The notes: generated by a model from the letters alone, not told the origin. Numbered from the whole stretch's first letter, positions 53,401-63,932 are shown. The stretch: DNA of 63,998 nucleotides, filler included, from a bacterium (GCA_026985515.1; 8 parts of 8 records of this genome joined end to end with filler, not necessarily neighbours in it); one strand, 5' to 3'. Made by a program: numbers and translations.

Positions 53401-55761
53401 CTAAAACATCAGAAGGTTCTGTCTCGCTACAACCACCTCCTCCGCCACTGCCACCCCCCGATGAACATGGGGAGATAGGATGAACTGCGGTATCCCAATA
53501 TAACGGAGTTGATGCCCATAAATCAATTCTATGAGTCTGAAAATCAGAAATGTCTCCGAAAAATAATCTCACATAATGTCTATCAGCACAAAGAGGGTCA
53601 CTGATAACTTTACCCAATACCACCAATTTTCTTACATCTTCTTCTACACCATAAGCGAAGGCAGAATGAGCTCCGCTATTATCCTCAATTATAGCAGTAG
53701 TAGGAATATAAGAATGCTCTACCGGGGAATTCTTTCCATGTATTTCATCATATAAGAAATTCCAGGGTGATTCCGCTTTAATTACAATAATCTCCTTCTC
53801 TTCTACATGCATACTACTAGGAGATGTGTCACCGAGAGATATCTGATGGACTAAGACTTTGTATTCCTTAACACTATCTTCAGTGTCGTATTCCATACCA
53901 TACAATTCCGCTACTTTTTTTATACCCGAAGATATATTCCATGGTAAAGTAAAACCGATAGGGGAAACTGTATACATTGCCGTATGAAGTCTTATAAGCA
54001 ACTTCGCAATAGCGTCATCCATATCACCTATGCATTTGTCATAATTACTTTTTCTCCATTCCCAGTATTTGAAAATCATAGCAGCCGTTGTCGGTGAACA
54101 CCCAACCCAACCATAAGAAGAAGGGAATTTGCTTTTATCCAATGCAACATTCCAAACTTTGTAAAGTCTACGTTTAAGATCTTCGTTTGTAAAACCACCC
54201 CACCTAAAACCACTTACAACATACTTTTTCACTTTTGTCACTTTACAACTTCCCACATATTTGCTAAACCAGCTGGATGATTTAAAAGTTTTAAATGAAC
54301 TTATAGATTCCGATGAGAAAGAAGAAATTGTCGAAACAGTAGAATAGGTAGCTGGATAAAGGAATTCTTTCCATTCATAATCCCGTAGAATTTGCCACTT
54401 AGTTGCAATAGTCACCGGTAGGCTTGAAAGATATCTCTGTGTTTCCATCGAAACTACATCAAAATAAAAAGGTTCTATCTTGGGAAAACCATCTCCCAGA
54501 CGATATATCCCTATATACTCACCTGTAGCAGCATCATAATATTCGGCGTAGAAAAACATAGGAGGTAGATAAATTATTCTCGTAAACACTGGTTTAATAT
54601 AACCTTCAGATGTAAGCTGCCTTCCATATTCATATGCTACAACCTGAGGAGGTATATGACCACCCCCAAGATCGACACCCGTTCTTCTGTCGGTCCCTAA
54701 GACTCTGTATGTTATTCCTGTCACATCAGGTGAAAATGGCTTGCTTAGATCAACATCTGAAGATGAAAAAATTGCAATTGCAACTCCTGGTAAATTTCCT
54801 CCTCCATCCGCATATTGAATAGTTATTACCTTCTTATCTTTTTCTCCTTCCATAAGCCTTATGGCATTTGCCAACTGCCTCATCACCATCTGACTGAACT
54901 TAACCTTCATCTTACCTTTATTGTGCAAGTTGTGTGCCACGAAAAGCCCTCCGTATATTTCAATCTCTGCATTGAAACCTGTCATCATCTGACCTGTGTA
55001 AATACCGGTATTAAATCTCCCATATCCGTCAACTATCAACATACCCCTGACAAGTAACCCTGGCCACTCAATACTTTGAAGAATAAGAGTGCTCTCGCTA
55101 TCAATAATTAACGCTCCATTCACACTCAGATCCCCAACTAAATCCACCCAAGCACCATTCATCTTTACCCCACTTTCAAAAACGGCACTTCCCCTTACAT
55201 AACCCTGTCCCTCTATAACCCATTCACCTCCATCCCATCTGAATGTTACCCCTCCAGTAGTGAATTCACCATAACCAACAATCTCTCCATCCTTGATCAC
55301 CTCTCCCGAATCAGAAAATATATATGTCGCATCAGAAATCCTTCTGCCATAATTCCTCCCAAAAAGATCATCGGGACCTTTGATACATCTATGTTCCTCA
55401 ATCACATCCTCTACATCCAGTTCCCCTTCCCTGTGAATTTTCCGACAGAACAGTTCTGCATTACTTCTGATAACACCACAATTATGCAGATCCTTTCCGA
55501 TGACTATATTGCTTCCTTCACCATCAAGGGTAATCTGACCCCTGTTTTGCAGCATATTACCAACCCAGATGGATGAAGGAACATTAAGTGTTACCTGAGT
55601 ACCACAATATCCATATCCTCCATGATGATTTTCATTATGATTTCCATGAGAAGGATGTGCTTCAAGAGTAAAGTCACTGAGTAAAAGAAAAGAAATAATC
55701 AGGAAAAAGTATCCAAAGATGTGTTTCAGGTAGGTAGGTAGGTAGGTAGGTTGAGCTTCAT
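53401..55761 (-). CDS. Secreted multidomain protein with a papain-like (C10/C39-like) cysteine peptidase domain; frameshifted at a 5' tetranucleotide repeat; C-terminus truncated
   Basis: GWVGCSPTTAAMIFKYW (Cys codon 54098-54100), GAHSAFAYG (His codon 53666-53668), C-terminal SSGGGSGGGGGCS. The true start is ATG 55761 with an AGGGG RBS; the signal-peptide coding region is out of frame with it. Confidence 0.75.
55728..55751 (-). repeat. (ACCT)6 simple sequence repeat
   Basis: The plus strand reads AGGT six times, beginning 10 nt into the gene from ATG 55761. Confidence 0.97.
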
Positions 55762-55789
55762 TTTTGCACCCCTGTGATTATTCATAAAA

Positions 55790-55819
55790 ATTGTAGAGCA
55801 AGTTTTTAATTACTGTCAA
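55790..55819 (-). promoter_or_regulatory. Sigma70 promoter for the peptidase gene
   Basis: TTGACA-N18-TACAAT. Confidence 0.65.
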
Positions 55820-55837
55820 GTTTATACCTTATAGAGT

Positions 55838-57127
55838 TCACTCAACCTTTCCCACTTCTTCAATCTTAATTTTCCCTGATGAACTGTCATAAAAAATCTT
55901 GTATACATTAAAATTATCTACACCTTTAAAATCACACTTACTCTTTTTCAAACCTAAGTCCACATTCCCGATGAAAAACATTTTATTACCAATCCATGCG
56001 AAATTATAGATATTTTTCTCGAAATTCCAACACCAGTAGGACTCATTCCTGCATATTTGTAAAGGATACAATTTAATCTCTTCGGGAATATAAGCTAATG
56101 GTATAAACGCTATGCTATGCACTGCCTCAACATCTCTGAAAATCACAAATATTCCATCACTTACTTTCCTGGCATACATCAGGGAAAGATCTTCCACCTG
56201 TATTCCATCCAGATTCAGTGTAATTTTCTTTATTAATCTCTTCTCCCGATAGTTATACAGGTAAAGAACTCCTCTGTCATCAGGATTGGAACAAAAAGTG
56301 GTACAATAGGAGTATTTCTGGGCAATCAAAAAATCACCTGCAAAAGCTATAAATTTAAATGGCTGCCCCAATGTATCCATCGTGATTTTTCCAAGATAAC
56401 TTCTAGGCTGAAAAATCTCACTGGATTCAGTGAAATTCAGTTGATCAACCACAATTTCGCTGGCTTGAACGAAAGAATATAAAAAACGCTCTGATTCTTC
56501 ATCGTAATTCAAATAATAATATTTTACACCCTCAGGATGATCTATTGGGATTTCCTTTCTTGTAACATAATCTTCTATGCAGGGTTCTTCATTTTTCGTA
56601 CCTTTTTCTGCAAGAATACCTAAGTTAAACACATCCAGGATACTTGATTCATTTAAGGGAATTGTATTCGCAAAATACAATGAATAGCGATCATCGCTGC
56701 ACTTATTTTTGGATGAATTAAGTTTCCCAATCCATTTCTTGTAATCATCTATAATATCATACAAGTACACATATCCATTCTTGGTATCTTCAAGAATAAC
56801 CCACTTCTTATCAAATGTCATGGGAGAAATTTTGTAATAATTAAACTCATACACTCCAGCTCCCCACTTATAGCTTCCTTTAAAGGTTTTGTGTTTTATT
56901 TTATTTATCCCGCTGTTACCCACCTTGTAAACATTAATGTCAGTTGTAAAAATTCCATCCTCACCATTATAAACGACCTTAACTGCGTAAAGATTTGAAG
57001 CATCTGACAGAAAGAAAGGGAAGCTATAAACGGGAGGAGTAGGATAATAGGGACAATATTCGCACCCATTTAATAAAATAATTGCAAAACTCAAAATAAA
57101 AATAATAATATGTCTATTTAGCCTCAT
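55838..57127 (-). CDS. Hypothetical lipoprotein (beta-rich, Cys-containing)
   Basis: MRLNRHIIIFILSFAIILLNGC lipobox; aromatic and beta-strand rich; AT-rich. Confidence 0.8.
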   Translation of the reverse strand: MRLNRHIIIFILSFAIILLNGCEYCPYYPTPPVYSFPFFLSDASNLYAVKVVYNGEDGIFTTDINVYKVGNSGINKIKHKTFKGSYKWGAGVYEFNYYKISPMTFDKKWVILEDTKNGYVYLYDIIDDYKKWIGKLNSSKNKCSDDRYSLYFANTIPLNESSILDVFNLGILAEKGTKNEEPCIEDYVTRKEIPIDHPEGVKYYYLNYDEESERFLYSFVQASEIVVDQLNFTESSEIFQPRSYLGKITMDTLGQPFKFIAFAGDFLIAQKYSYCTTFCSNPDDRGVLYLYNYREKRLIKKITLNLDGIQVEDLSLMYARKVSDGIFVIFRDVEAVHSIAFIPLAYIPEEIKLYPLQICRNESYWCWNFEKNIYNFAWIGNKMFFIGNVDLGLKKSKCDFKGVDNFNVYKIFYDSSSGKIKIEEVGKVE

Positions 57128-57156
57128 ATATTCTCTTCCTTTTGTAGAGAAAAAAC

Positions 57157-57256
57157 NNNNNNNNNNNNNNNNNNNNNNNNNNNNNNNNNNNNNNNNNNNN
57201 TTAATTAATTAANNNNNNNNNNNNNNNNNNNNNNNNNNNNNNNNNNNNNNNNNNNN
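57157..57256. other. Artificial contig linker
   Basis: N-run with TTAATTAATTAA. Confidence 0.99.
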
Positions 57257-59250
57257 AAACCCCTGAAGAGATCCAGGAATTTATGAAAAAGTTGAATGAT
57301 TCACCTCTTGCAAGCGGGAATCTCGTATCAAAGGACAAAAGAGCCTTAGGAATAATGCTGATGTTGAAAAAGGATGCCGACACGAAGAAGGTATCAAAAG
57401 AGGTGATTCAGATATACAAGAAGTACATTGATGATACAGTAAACATCTCAGCAACAGGGAAACCCATCGTTAATTACTATCTGAGTATCGGTGTTGGAAG
57501 AGACATGGGTATCCTTTTCACCATTGCCATCGTTGTAATTGTTTTTCTCCTTCTCATAACATTCAGATCAGTGAGGGGGGTCGCCATTCCTTTTTTTGTC
57601 GTAATTTCATCAGTTGCATGGACTCTCGGTACAATGGCTCTTACTGGATTTCCCATGTCTCACTCAACGGAAATGATGCCAATTCTCCTCATGGCGATTG
57701 GAGTAGCAGATTCAATACACATCCTCAAGTATTACTACTCCTTTTCTGAAAAATTTCGTGATCCGCAGGTTCTTGTGATGGAGGTATTCAGGGAATTATT
57801 TGCACCTGTTACCATGACTTCATTAACGACGATGGCAGGATTCATAGCGTTGAACACAAGTAAAACAGAATCCCTTGCAGAACTGGGATATTTTACAGCT
57901 TATGGAGTTTTTATAGCATGGATATATTCAGTCACCTTTGTACCGGCCACCCTCTCAATTCTTAAAGCTCCTTCTTCAGTCAGAGGAGGAATGGGCTGGT
58001 TTCAGAGAATAGTTGACAGGTTTATGGAAAAATACTCTGAATCCCTCTCGAAATATCAGAAAGCAATTCTGTGGGGAATTGTGGCACTGATACTCATATC
58101 TCTCACAGGAACACTGCAGCTCAAATTTGAACAGAGCTCCATAGCTGAGTTTCCCAGGAATCATCCGCTCAGAATTGCCGACAGAATAATTAATCAGCAC
58201 TTTGCAGGGAGTACCACATTTGACATTATGTTTGAAGGAAAATCAAACAATGTCATACAGGAACCATCTGTGCTCAGTGCAATTGATAGAATTGAGCAGT
58301 ACGCTTTAACTCTACCACATGTTGGTGGAGGTCAGAGTCTGGCAGACTTCATAAAATTGATGAACAGAGTGATGCACAACAACGACCCATCCTACTACAG
58401 GATACCATCAGAAAAGGAAAAAATAATAGATTATGATGAAAATGGAAATCCTGTAACGGTGGAGGTTAACGGGAGAGACCTTATTGCCCAGTACCTGACC
58501 CTGTATGAAATGAGTGCAAGGCCTGACGATTTTGCTCATCTTGTTGACCTTAACTACAGAAATGCAAGACTCATCCTCTTCATCAATTCAGACAAAAATA
58601 CAATTCTGAAGCCCATTGATAAAAAACTCACCGCCTTTGTGAAAAAAGAAGTCAAAGGCCTTCCAGTTAATGCTGAAATTACAGGCATTGCAAAACTCAT
58701 GATGGTGGTCAATGATTTGGTGGTAAGAGGACAGGCACTGAGTTTAATTGTTTCTCTTATCCTTATATGGATTCTCACAACAATAATGTTCAGATCACTT
58801 ACTGTGGGATTTTTCAATACAATCCCGCTTTTTATTTCCCAGCTGATAAATTTTGGAATCATGGGTTTCTTCTCAATACCTGTTCAGATTGTAACAATGG
58901 TCACAACAAGTGTGGCAATAGGTGTTGGGGTTGATTACGCCATCCACTATATCCACAATTACAGGTGGCATCTGGCACTGGGGGAAGATTATGACACTGC
59001 AATGAAAAGTAGCATAAAGGAAGCTGGTAGTCCCATCATCTTAAATGCACTGACTGTGGGACTTGGATTCCTAGTCCTTGTATTTTCCTCCTTCAGGGGC
59101 GTTTCTAACATGGGTCTACTCATTGGTCTGACAATGTTCACAACATCAATTGGAGCGCTGACAATTCTGCCTGTGATTTTTGTAACTGTGAAACCTAAAA
59201 GTTTATTAAAATCAGCGGAGGTGATAAAAAATGAGATTCAGAGAAGTTAA
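57257..59250 (+). CDS. MMPL/RND family transporter, N-terminus truncated
   Basis: Two repeats with AIGVADSIH and GVGVDYAIH, TSLTTMAGF, many TM helices. Confidence 0.92.
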
Positions 59251-60016
59251 AATTCTCCTGATTATTTCTACTCTGGCTATATTTTCAGCCTTTACCCCAG
59301 GTGAAGATATGAGACCACTCATGAAGCAGGTCTTCAGAAAAAGCACCTGGAACTCCATGTCGGCTGACATGACTCTGACCATCATTGATTCCAGAGGTGA
59401 AAAAAGGGTTAGAGAAGTAAAGTTCTACTCCAAAAAAGATAAAGAAGGAAACAACAGGATGCTGATGAGATTCGTCAGACCAAGGGAAGTTCTGGGAACC
59501 AGTTTCCTCCTCCTTGAACACAGGAACAGAGATGACGACAGGTACCTCTACCTTCCCGCCCTGAGAAGGGTGAAAAGGATAGTGGCATCTGGCAAAAAGG
59601 GAAACTTTATGTCTTCAGATTTCACCTACTACGATATAGGAGAACCCAAACTGGACGATTTCAAATACAGATTCCTTGGAGAGGAAACCTTCAGAGGAGT
59701 TAAGTGTTTGAAAATTGAGGCAACACCTTCATCTCCGAAGGTCCTTGAAGAAACTGGCTACTCAAAAATCATCTACTGGGTTGACCCTGATAAAAAAATC
59801 ATTTTAAAAGCGGAATATTACGATGAGAGGGGAAAACTGCAAAAAATCTTAAACATAAATAAGCACAAACTGATTAATGGAGTCTACTTTGCAACAGATA
59901 TGGTGATGAGAGATGTGCAGATAAGCCACATAAGCAGGATAAAGTTCAGCAACATAAAAATTAATGAATCGATTCCAGAAAAATACTTTTCTGTTAAGTT
60001 TCTCAGGAGGAGATGA
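59231..60016 (+). CDS. Outer-membrane lipoprotein-sorting protein (LolA-like/DUF1329)
   Basis: Signal peptide; FVRPREVLGTSFL, DDRYLYLPALRRVKRI, FMSSDFTYYD, YSKIIYWVD. Confidence 0.88.
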   Translation: MRFREVKILLIISTLAIFSAFTPGEDMRPLMKQVFRKSTWNSMSADMTLTIIDSRGEKRVREVKFYSKKDKEGNNRMLMRFVRPREVLGTSFLLLEHRNRDDDRYLYLPALRRVKRIVASGKKGNFMSSDFTYYDIGEPKLDDFKYRFLGEETFRGVKCLKIEATPSSPKVLEETGYSKIIYWVDPDKKIILKAEYYDERGKLQKILNINKHKLINGVYFATDMVMRDVQISHISRIKFSNIKINESIPEKYFSVKFLRRR

Positions 60017-60017
60017 G

Positions 60018-60957
60018 ATGCGGAAAACAATAGCCACTTTAATAACTCTTTTAATTTCAACCTCTCTTTTTGCCACCGAACCACATGGATTTGTGAAGAC
60101 ATCCATCATGATGGGTGTAAGGGGAGAAAATAGCGGTAAATTTCTCAATCGCAATGTAAGAACCCAGATCAATATTGATCATGACCTCGGGGAGGATGGA
60201 AATGTAACTGCAAGTTTTGACATACTCTATGAAAAGTTGATAAATTCTGAGCCTGAATTGAGAATTATCCCGGTTGAACTCTATGCTCAGTACTCCGGGG
60301 ATTACTGGGGAGTGAAAGCAGGAAAATATTACGATTTCTGGGGATTGTTTGAATGGATAAGCCCCAACGACATTATAAATCCATGGGATATGGGTCATAT
60401 ATCCTCAGATATAGAAGATTACAGAATTTCCACCTATGGAATAAATTTTTCAATGGGGAATGACATCATAAACTTTGAACTCAATCTCCTCCCTCTTTTT
60501 GAAGCATCAATTTTTCCGGGTTTTGAAATGATAAAAGAAAAGCCAGCAGAAAAGAAAGAGAGAAATAAAATAAAATCAACTGAAATTGCTGGAAAACTTG
60601 CCGGGACAATCAATTCCATCGGGCTGGATTGGGACCTTTACTATTTCAGAGGTCATAAAAGGTCACCTGATATTGTGGTGGAAACCTATCCGCCACAGGG
60701 AACAGGAGGAGAAAATCCACAGATCAGTCAGAATTTAGTTTATCAAAAGATAAATCTCTGGGGAGTTGATATGAGTTATCCCATCTCATCACTTCTTCTT
60801 AAACTTGAAGCTGCATATGTGGAAACTGAGGATAAAAAAGGTGAAAACCCATTCCTTGAAAATCCCTATTTCTCAATAGTTGCAGGGTTTGACTGGGCAG
60901 CCATGCCTGAACTCACTATCTCTGCTGCCTATAAATTGAAAAGTTACACAGAGTACA
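60018..60957 (+). CDS. Probable outer-membrane beta-barrel protein (DUF1302-like), C-terminus truncated
   Basis: Signal peptide MRKTIATL..., ELY...KAGK...WG...SPNDIINPWD, alternating beta strands; follows the MMPL and LolA-like genes. Confidence 0.72.
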
Positions 60958-61057
60958 NNNNNNNNNNNNNNNNNNNNNNNNNNNNNNNNNNNNNNNNNNN
61001 NTTAATTAATTAANNNNNNNNNNNNNNNNNNNNNNNNNNNNNNNNNNNNNNNNNNNN
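60958..61057. other. Artificial contig linker
   Basis: N-run with TTAATTAATTAA. Confidence 0.99.
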
Positions 61058-61128
61058 GACCAAAAAAGAGAAAAACAAAATAACCAGCAGTTTTATTATT
61101 TTCTTCACTTCATCAATCCCCCGGAGTT

Positions 61129-61590
61129 TTAAAAATGTGCAGACATTGCAAAGAAGGCTTTGATTTTCTCATTAGTTTCCCTCAATCTTGAGGAAAGGGT
61201 CCTCAAAAATGCCCAGAGTACAGAATAGGCAAGGTCCTTGTCAAGGAAGAGAAGATTTTCAAAATCCTCCTTACTTATTGTAAGCAATTCAGTGGGTTCA
61301 TTGGTTATGGCATCCGCAGAGCGGGGAAAATCATCAATCAGAGACATCTCTCCAAAAAAGCTTCCAGGTCCCAGAATAGCAAGGGCCTCTTCCCCAATTC
61401 CTTCTACTCTCTTACTGATCCTCACCTTCCCCTTGAGAATCACATAAAATTTATCCCCCCTGTCTCCCTCTCTGAAAATAACCGCATTGGCAGGATACTT
61501 CTCAATCTTTGAGATCTTAAGTATCTTCTCAAGTTCTCTGTTTGTGAGATCTTTGAATAAATAAATTTTTTTCAACAATTTTAAATCCAT
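61129..61590 (-). CDS. Stand-alone cyclic-nucleotide-binding domain protein
   Basis: IFREGDRGDKFYVILKGKV, FFGEMSLIDDFPRSA phosphate-binding cassette; no HTH domain. Confidence 0.92.
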   Translation of the reverse strand: MDLKLLKKIYLFKDLTNRELEKILKISKIEKYPANAVIFREGDRGDKFYVILKGKVRISKRVEGIGEEALAILGPGSFFGEMSLIDDFPRSADAITNEPTELLTISKEDFENLLFLDKDLAYSVLWAFLRTLSSRLRETNEKIKAFFAMSAHF

Positions 61591-61717
61591 CATCCCCTCC
61601 ACTCTATTTTTATAAATCTTATCACAATTGAGTTCCCAATTGCAACATGAGGAAAGATACTTCTCTCAAATTTGTAGCAAAGATAAGGTGTGATATAATG
61701 AGGTAAAGGAGAATATT

Positions 61718-62317
61718 ATGGATGAGGAATTGTTACTTCGTGTCCTGACAGGACAGGTTGTTGGTAAGTACATGATGAGGGAACTTAACAGGGTAGCCTT
61801 TCTTTCACAGGAGGATACTTTCTGTATATCCTTAATCTCCTCAGCTTCTTCTTCCTTTATAACACAGGCGGGGGGAAATGCAGGAATCTTCATTGTAACA
61901 GGGGAAAATATAACCACCACAATTGAGGAAATAGAAAGAAACCATTATCAGGCACTCTTTCTGGGTTTCGGGGGCAAGCAGGTGGAAGAGGGTAAAGAGT
62001 TGTTCCACCAGGTTATCAGGGAAGTTGCCCTCCGGGATCTGGAAGCAGACATCATAGTTCATCTAAAAATGTTATCAGAAAATGCTCTTCACTCTCTTTT
62101 AAATGATAGGGAGATCACCCTTTATCTGCAGGGAAGCAACAATCTCTATGTGTACACAGTTGATTTTGATAAAGGTTTTCTAATCCTTAATTTCGCCACA
62201 ATACATGAAAATCATTTTCACATTGAAGAAATAGAGAAATTTCCAATTTCGTTTCAGCACACAATTCTTTTTAACTCGCTGATAAAAAATAGAAATTTTA
62301 CCTGGAGAAATGAATAA
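61718..62317 (+). CDS. Hypothetical protein
   Basis: 199-aa ORF with AAGGAG RBS and an upstream TGATATAAT; no family recognised. Confidence 0.72.
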   Translation: MDEELLLRVLTGQVVGKYMMRELNRVAFLSQEDTFCISLISSASSSFITQAGGNAGIFIVTGENITTTIEEIERNHYQALFLGFGGKQVEEGKELFHQVIREVALRDLEADIIVHLKMLSENALHSLLNDREITLYLQGSNNLYVYTVDFDKGFLILNFATIHENHFHIEEIEKFPISFQHTILFNSLIKNRNFTWRNE

Positions 62318-62660
62318 CAGAGTTCTTTTCATTTTTATCCTGAACAATTCAGATTACCTGGACGATATCATAACCCTCTTTGTGGAGCTGGGAGTACCAG
62401 GCGCAACAATTGTTGAAAGTACAGGAATGGTCAAATATCTCTCTGAGGAGATTCCCATATTTGCAGGATTCAGGGAAATACTTCAGGGAGCAAGGGAGAG
62501 TAACAGAATAATATTCAGCGTGATGAATAAAGATCTGGTACCAAAGGTAATAAAGGGGATTGAAGAAATAGTTGGTAGCCTTAACGACCCGGGTACAGGC
62601 GTTGCATTCTCACTTCCAGTACTTGAAAGCTGGGGAACTGGAGGAAATGATGAAGGATAA
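62310..62660 (+). CDS. P-II-like (GlnB-fold) protein
   Basis: GVPGATIVESTGM, NRIIFSV, GSLNDPGTGVAFSLPV B-loop-like motif. Confidence 0.8.
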   Translation: MNNRVLFIFILNNSDYLDDIITLFVELGVPGATIVESTGMVKYLSEEIPIFAGFREILQGARESNRIIFSVMNKDLVPKVIKGIEEIVGSLNDPGTGVAFSLPVLESWGTGGNDEG

Positions 62661-62859
62661 ACCTCCTCTCCGGAGTTTTGCTGAAGTTCTTGCCTTTGCT
62701 ACTGAATTCTCCGTGGCTATATGGTTTCTAGGTTATGCAGGAAGTTACCTCGACAGGAAAATGGATACCCAGCCTCTCTTCTTTCTTGTGGGTCTACTCC
62801 TTGCTTTCATTTTTGGAGGTTATAGAATCTATAAGTTGATAAAATTCCTGAACAAATAA
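62647..62859 (+). CDS. AtpZ/AtpI family protein
   Basis: GYAGSYLDRKMDTQPLFFLVGLLL signature; GGAGG RBS; leads the atp genes. Confidence 0.85.
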   Translation: MMKDKPPLRSFAEVLAFATEFSVAIWFLGYAGSYLDRKMDTQPLFFLVGLLLAFIFGGYRIYKLIKFLNK

Positions 62860-62860
62860 A

Positions 62861-63220
62861 ATGGTCAACACGGTTAAAAAAGTTCTTATCATTTTAACAC
62901 TTTTTTTTGCAGTGGTGGCAGTTGTCCTTTCAGATTACAGGGTTGCCCTCACTATCGGAGTGATGGGAGCCCTTATGCTGATTGATTTTATTCTGATTGA
63001 GCGTTTCTCTCTCGCAGTTATTAATGGGAAAATGGGTCTTTCAACACAGAAGATTATTTTTTTCTTGAAACTTCCCCTTTTTATAGTTATAATATTACCG
63101 CTTTACAAACTTGATTTAATCGCTCCTCCATTTTTACTGGTAGGGGCAACTTTACTACCCATTGCAATTGTGCTGACACTAATTTTTAAAAGGGTGGATT
63201 TGCAAGATGGAGAAAGTTAG
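62861..63220 (+). CDS. atpI: ATP synthase protein I-like membrane protein
   Basis: Four hydrophobic segments; lies between the atpZ-like gene and atpB. Confidence 0.7.
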   Translation: MVNTVKKVLIILTLFFAVVAVVLSDYRVALTIGVMGALMLIDFILIERFSLAVINGKMGLSTQKIIFFLKLPLFIVIILPLYKLDLIAPPFLLVGATLLPIAIVLTLIFKRVDLQDGES

Positions 63221-63902
63221 AGTATGGTTTTCTCTTATACCTGGACTTGAAGATGTACCCTTTCACATTCTCATGGCCAACTTTGCAATGCTTATACTTG
63301 TTCTCCTTTCTATTGCAGCATACTTTTATGTTAAGAAGAAAATGGAAAAGAGGGATTTTCTGCCAGAGGATAAACCCGGAACAGGAAATATTCTGGTTCT
63401 TTCAGTGGAGCTTCTCAGAGAAATGGTTGTGCAGACAATGGGAGAGGAGGGAGAAAAATTTGTTCCCCTTTTTGGTTCAATTTTCATCTACATCTTCGTC
63501 AATAATCTCCTGGGACTGATACCTGGATTTGCACCGGCAACCTCAAATGTTAACACCAATGCCGCGGTGGCCATATTTGTATTCTTCGCAACTCACTACT
63601 ACGGGTTCAAATATCACAAATGGAAATATGTGAAACATTTTACAGGACCAGTATGGTGGCTTGTTATTCTGATGGTGCCAATCGAACTGATTGGACACTT
63701 AGTCAGGCCCGTTTCCCTTTCCCTCAGGCTTATGGGAAATATGTTTGGTGACCACACGGTACTTGAGATTTTCACGCATCTGACATGGATTGGTGTTCCC
63801 ATATTTTTCCTCATACTGGGGACTTTTGTGGCTTTTGTTCAGGCCTTCATATTTACAATGCTATCGATAGCCTACATTGCAGGGGCAATTGAAGAAGAAT
63901 AA
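63207..63902 (+). CDS. atpB: F0F1 ATP synthase subunit a
   Basis: NLLGLIPG, ATSNVN, PIELI...RPVSLSLRLMGNM, VQAFIFTMLS. Confidence 0.96.
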   Translation: MEKVRVWFSLIPGLEDVPFHILMANFAMLILVLLSIAAYFYVKKKMEKRDFLPEDKPGTGNILVLSVELLREMVVQTMGEEGEKFVPLFGSIFIYIFVNNLLGLIPGFAPATSNVNTNAAVAIFVFFATHYYGFKYHKWKYVKHFTGPVWWLVILMVPIELIGHLVRPVSLSLRLMGNMFGDHTVLEIFTHLTWIGVPIFFLILGTFVAFVQAFIFTMLSIAYIAGAIEEE

Positions 63903-63932
63903 AAAAACAATAAGCAGAAGGAGGAATCAAGG

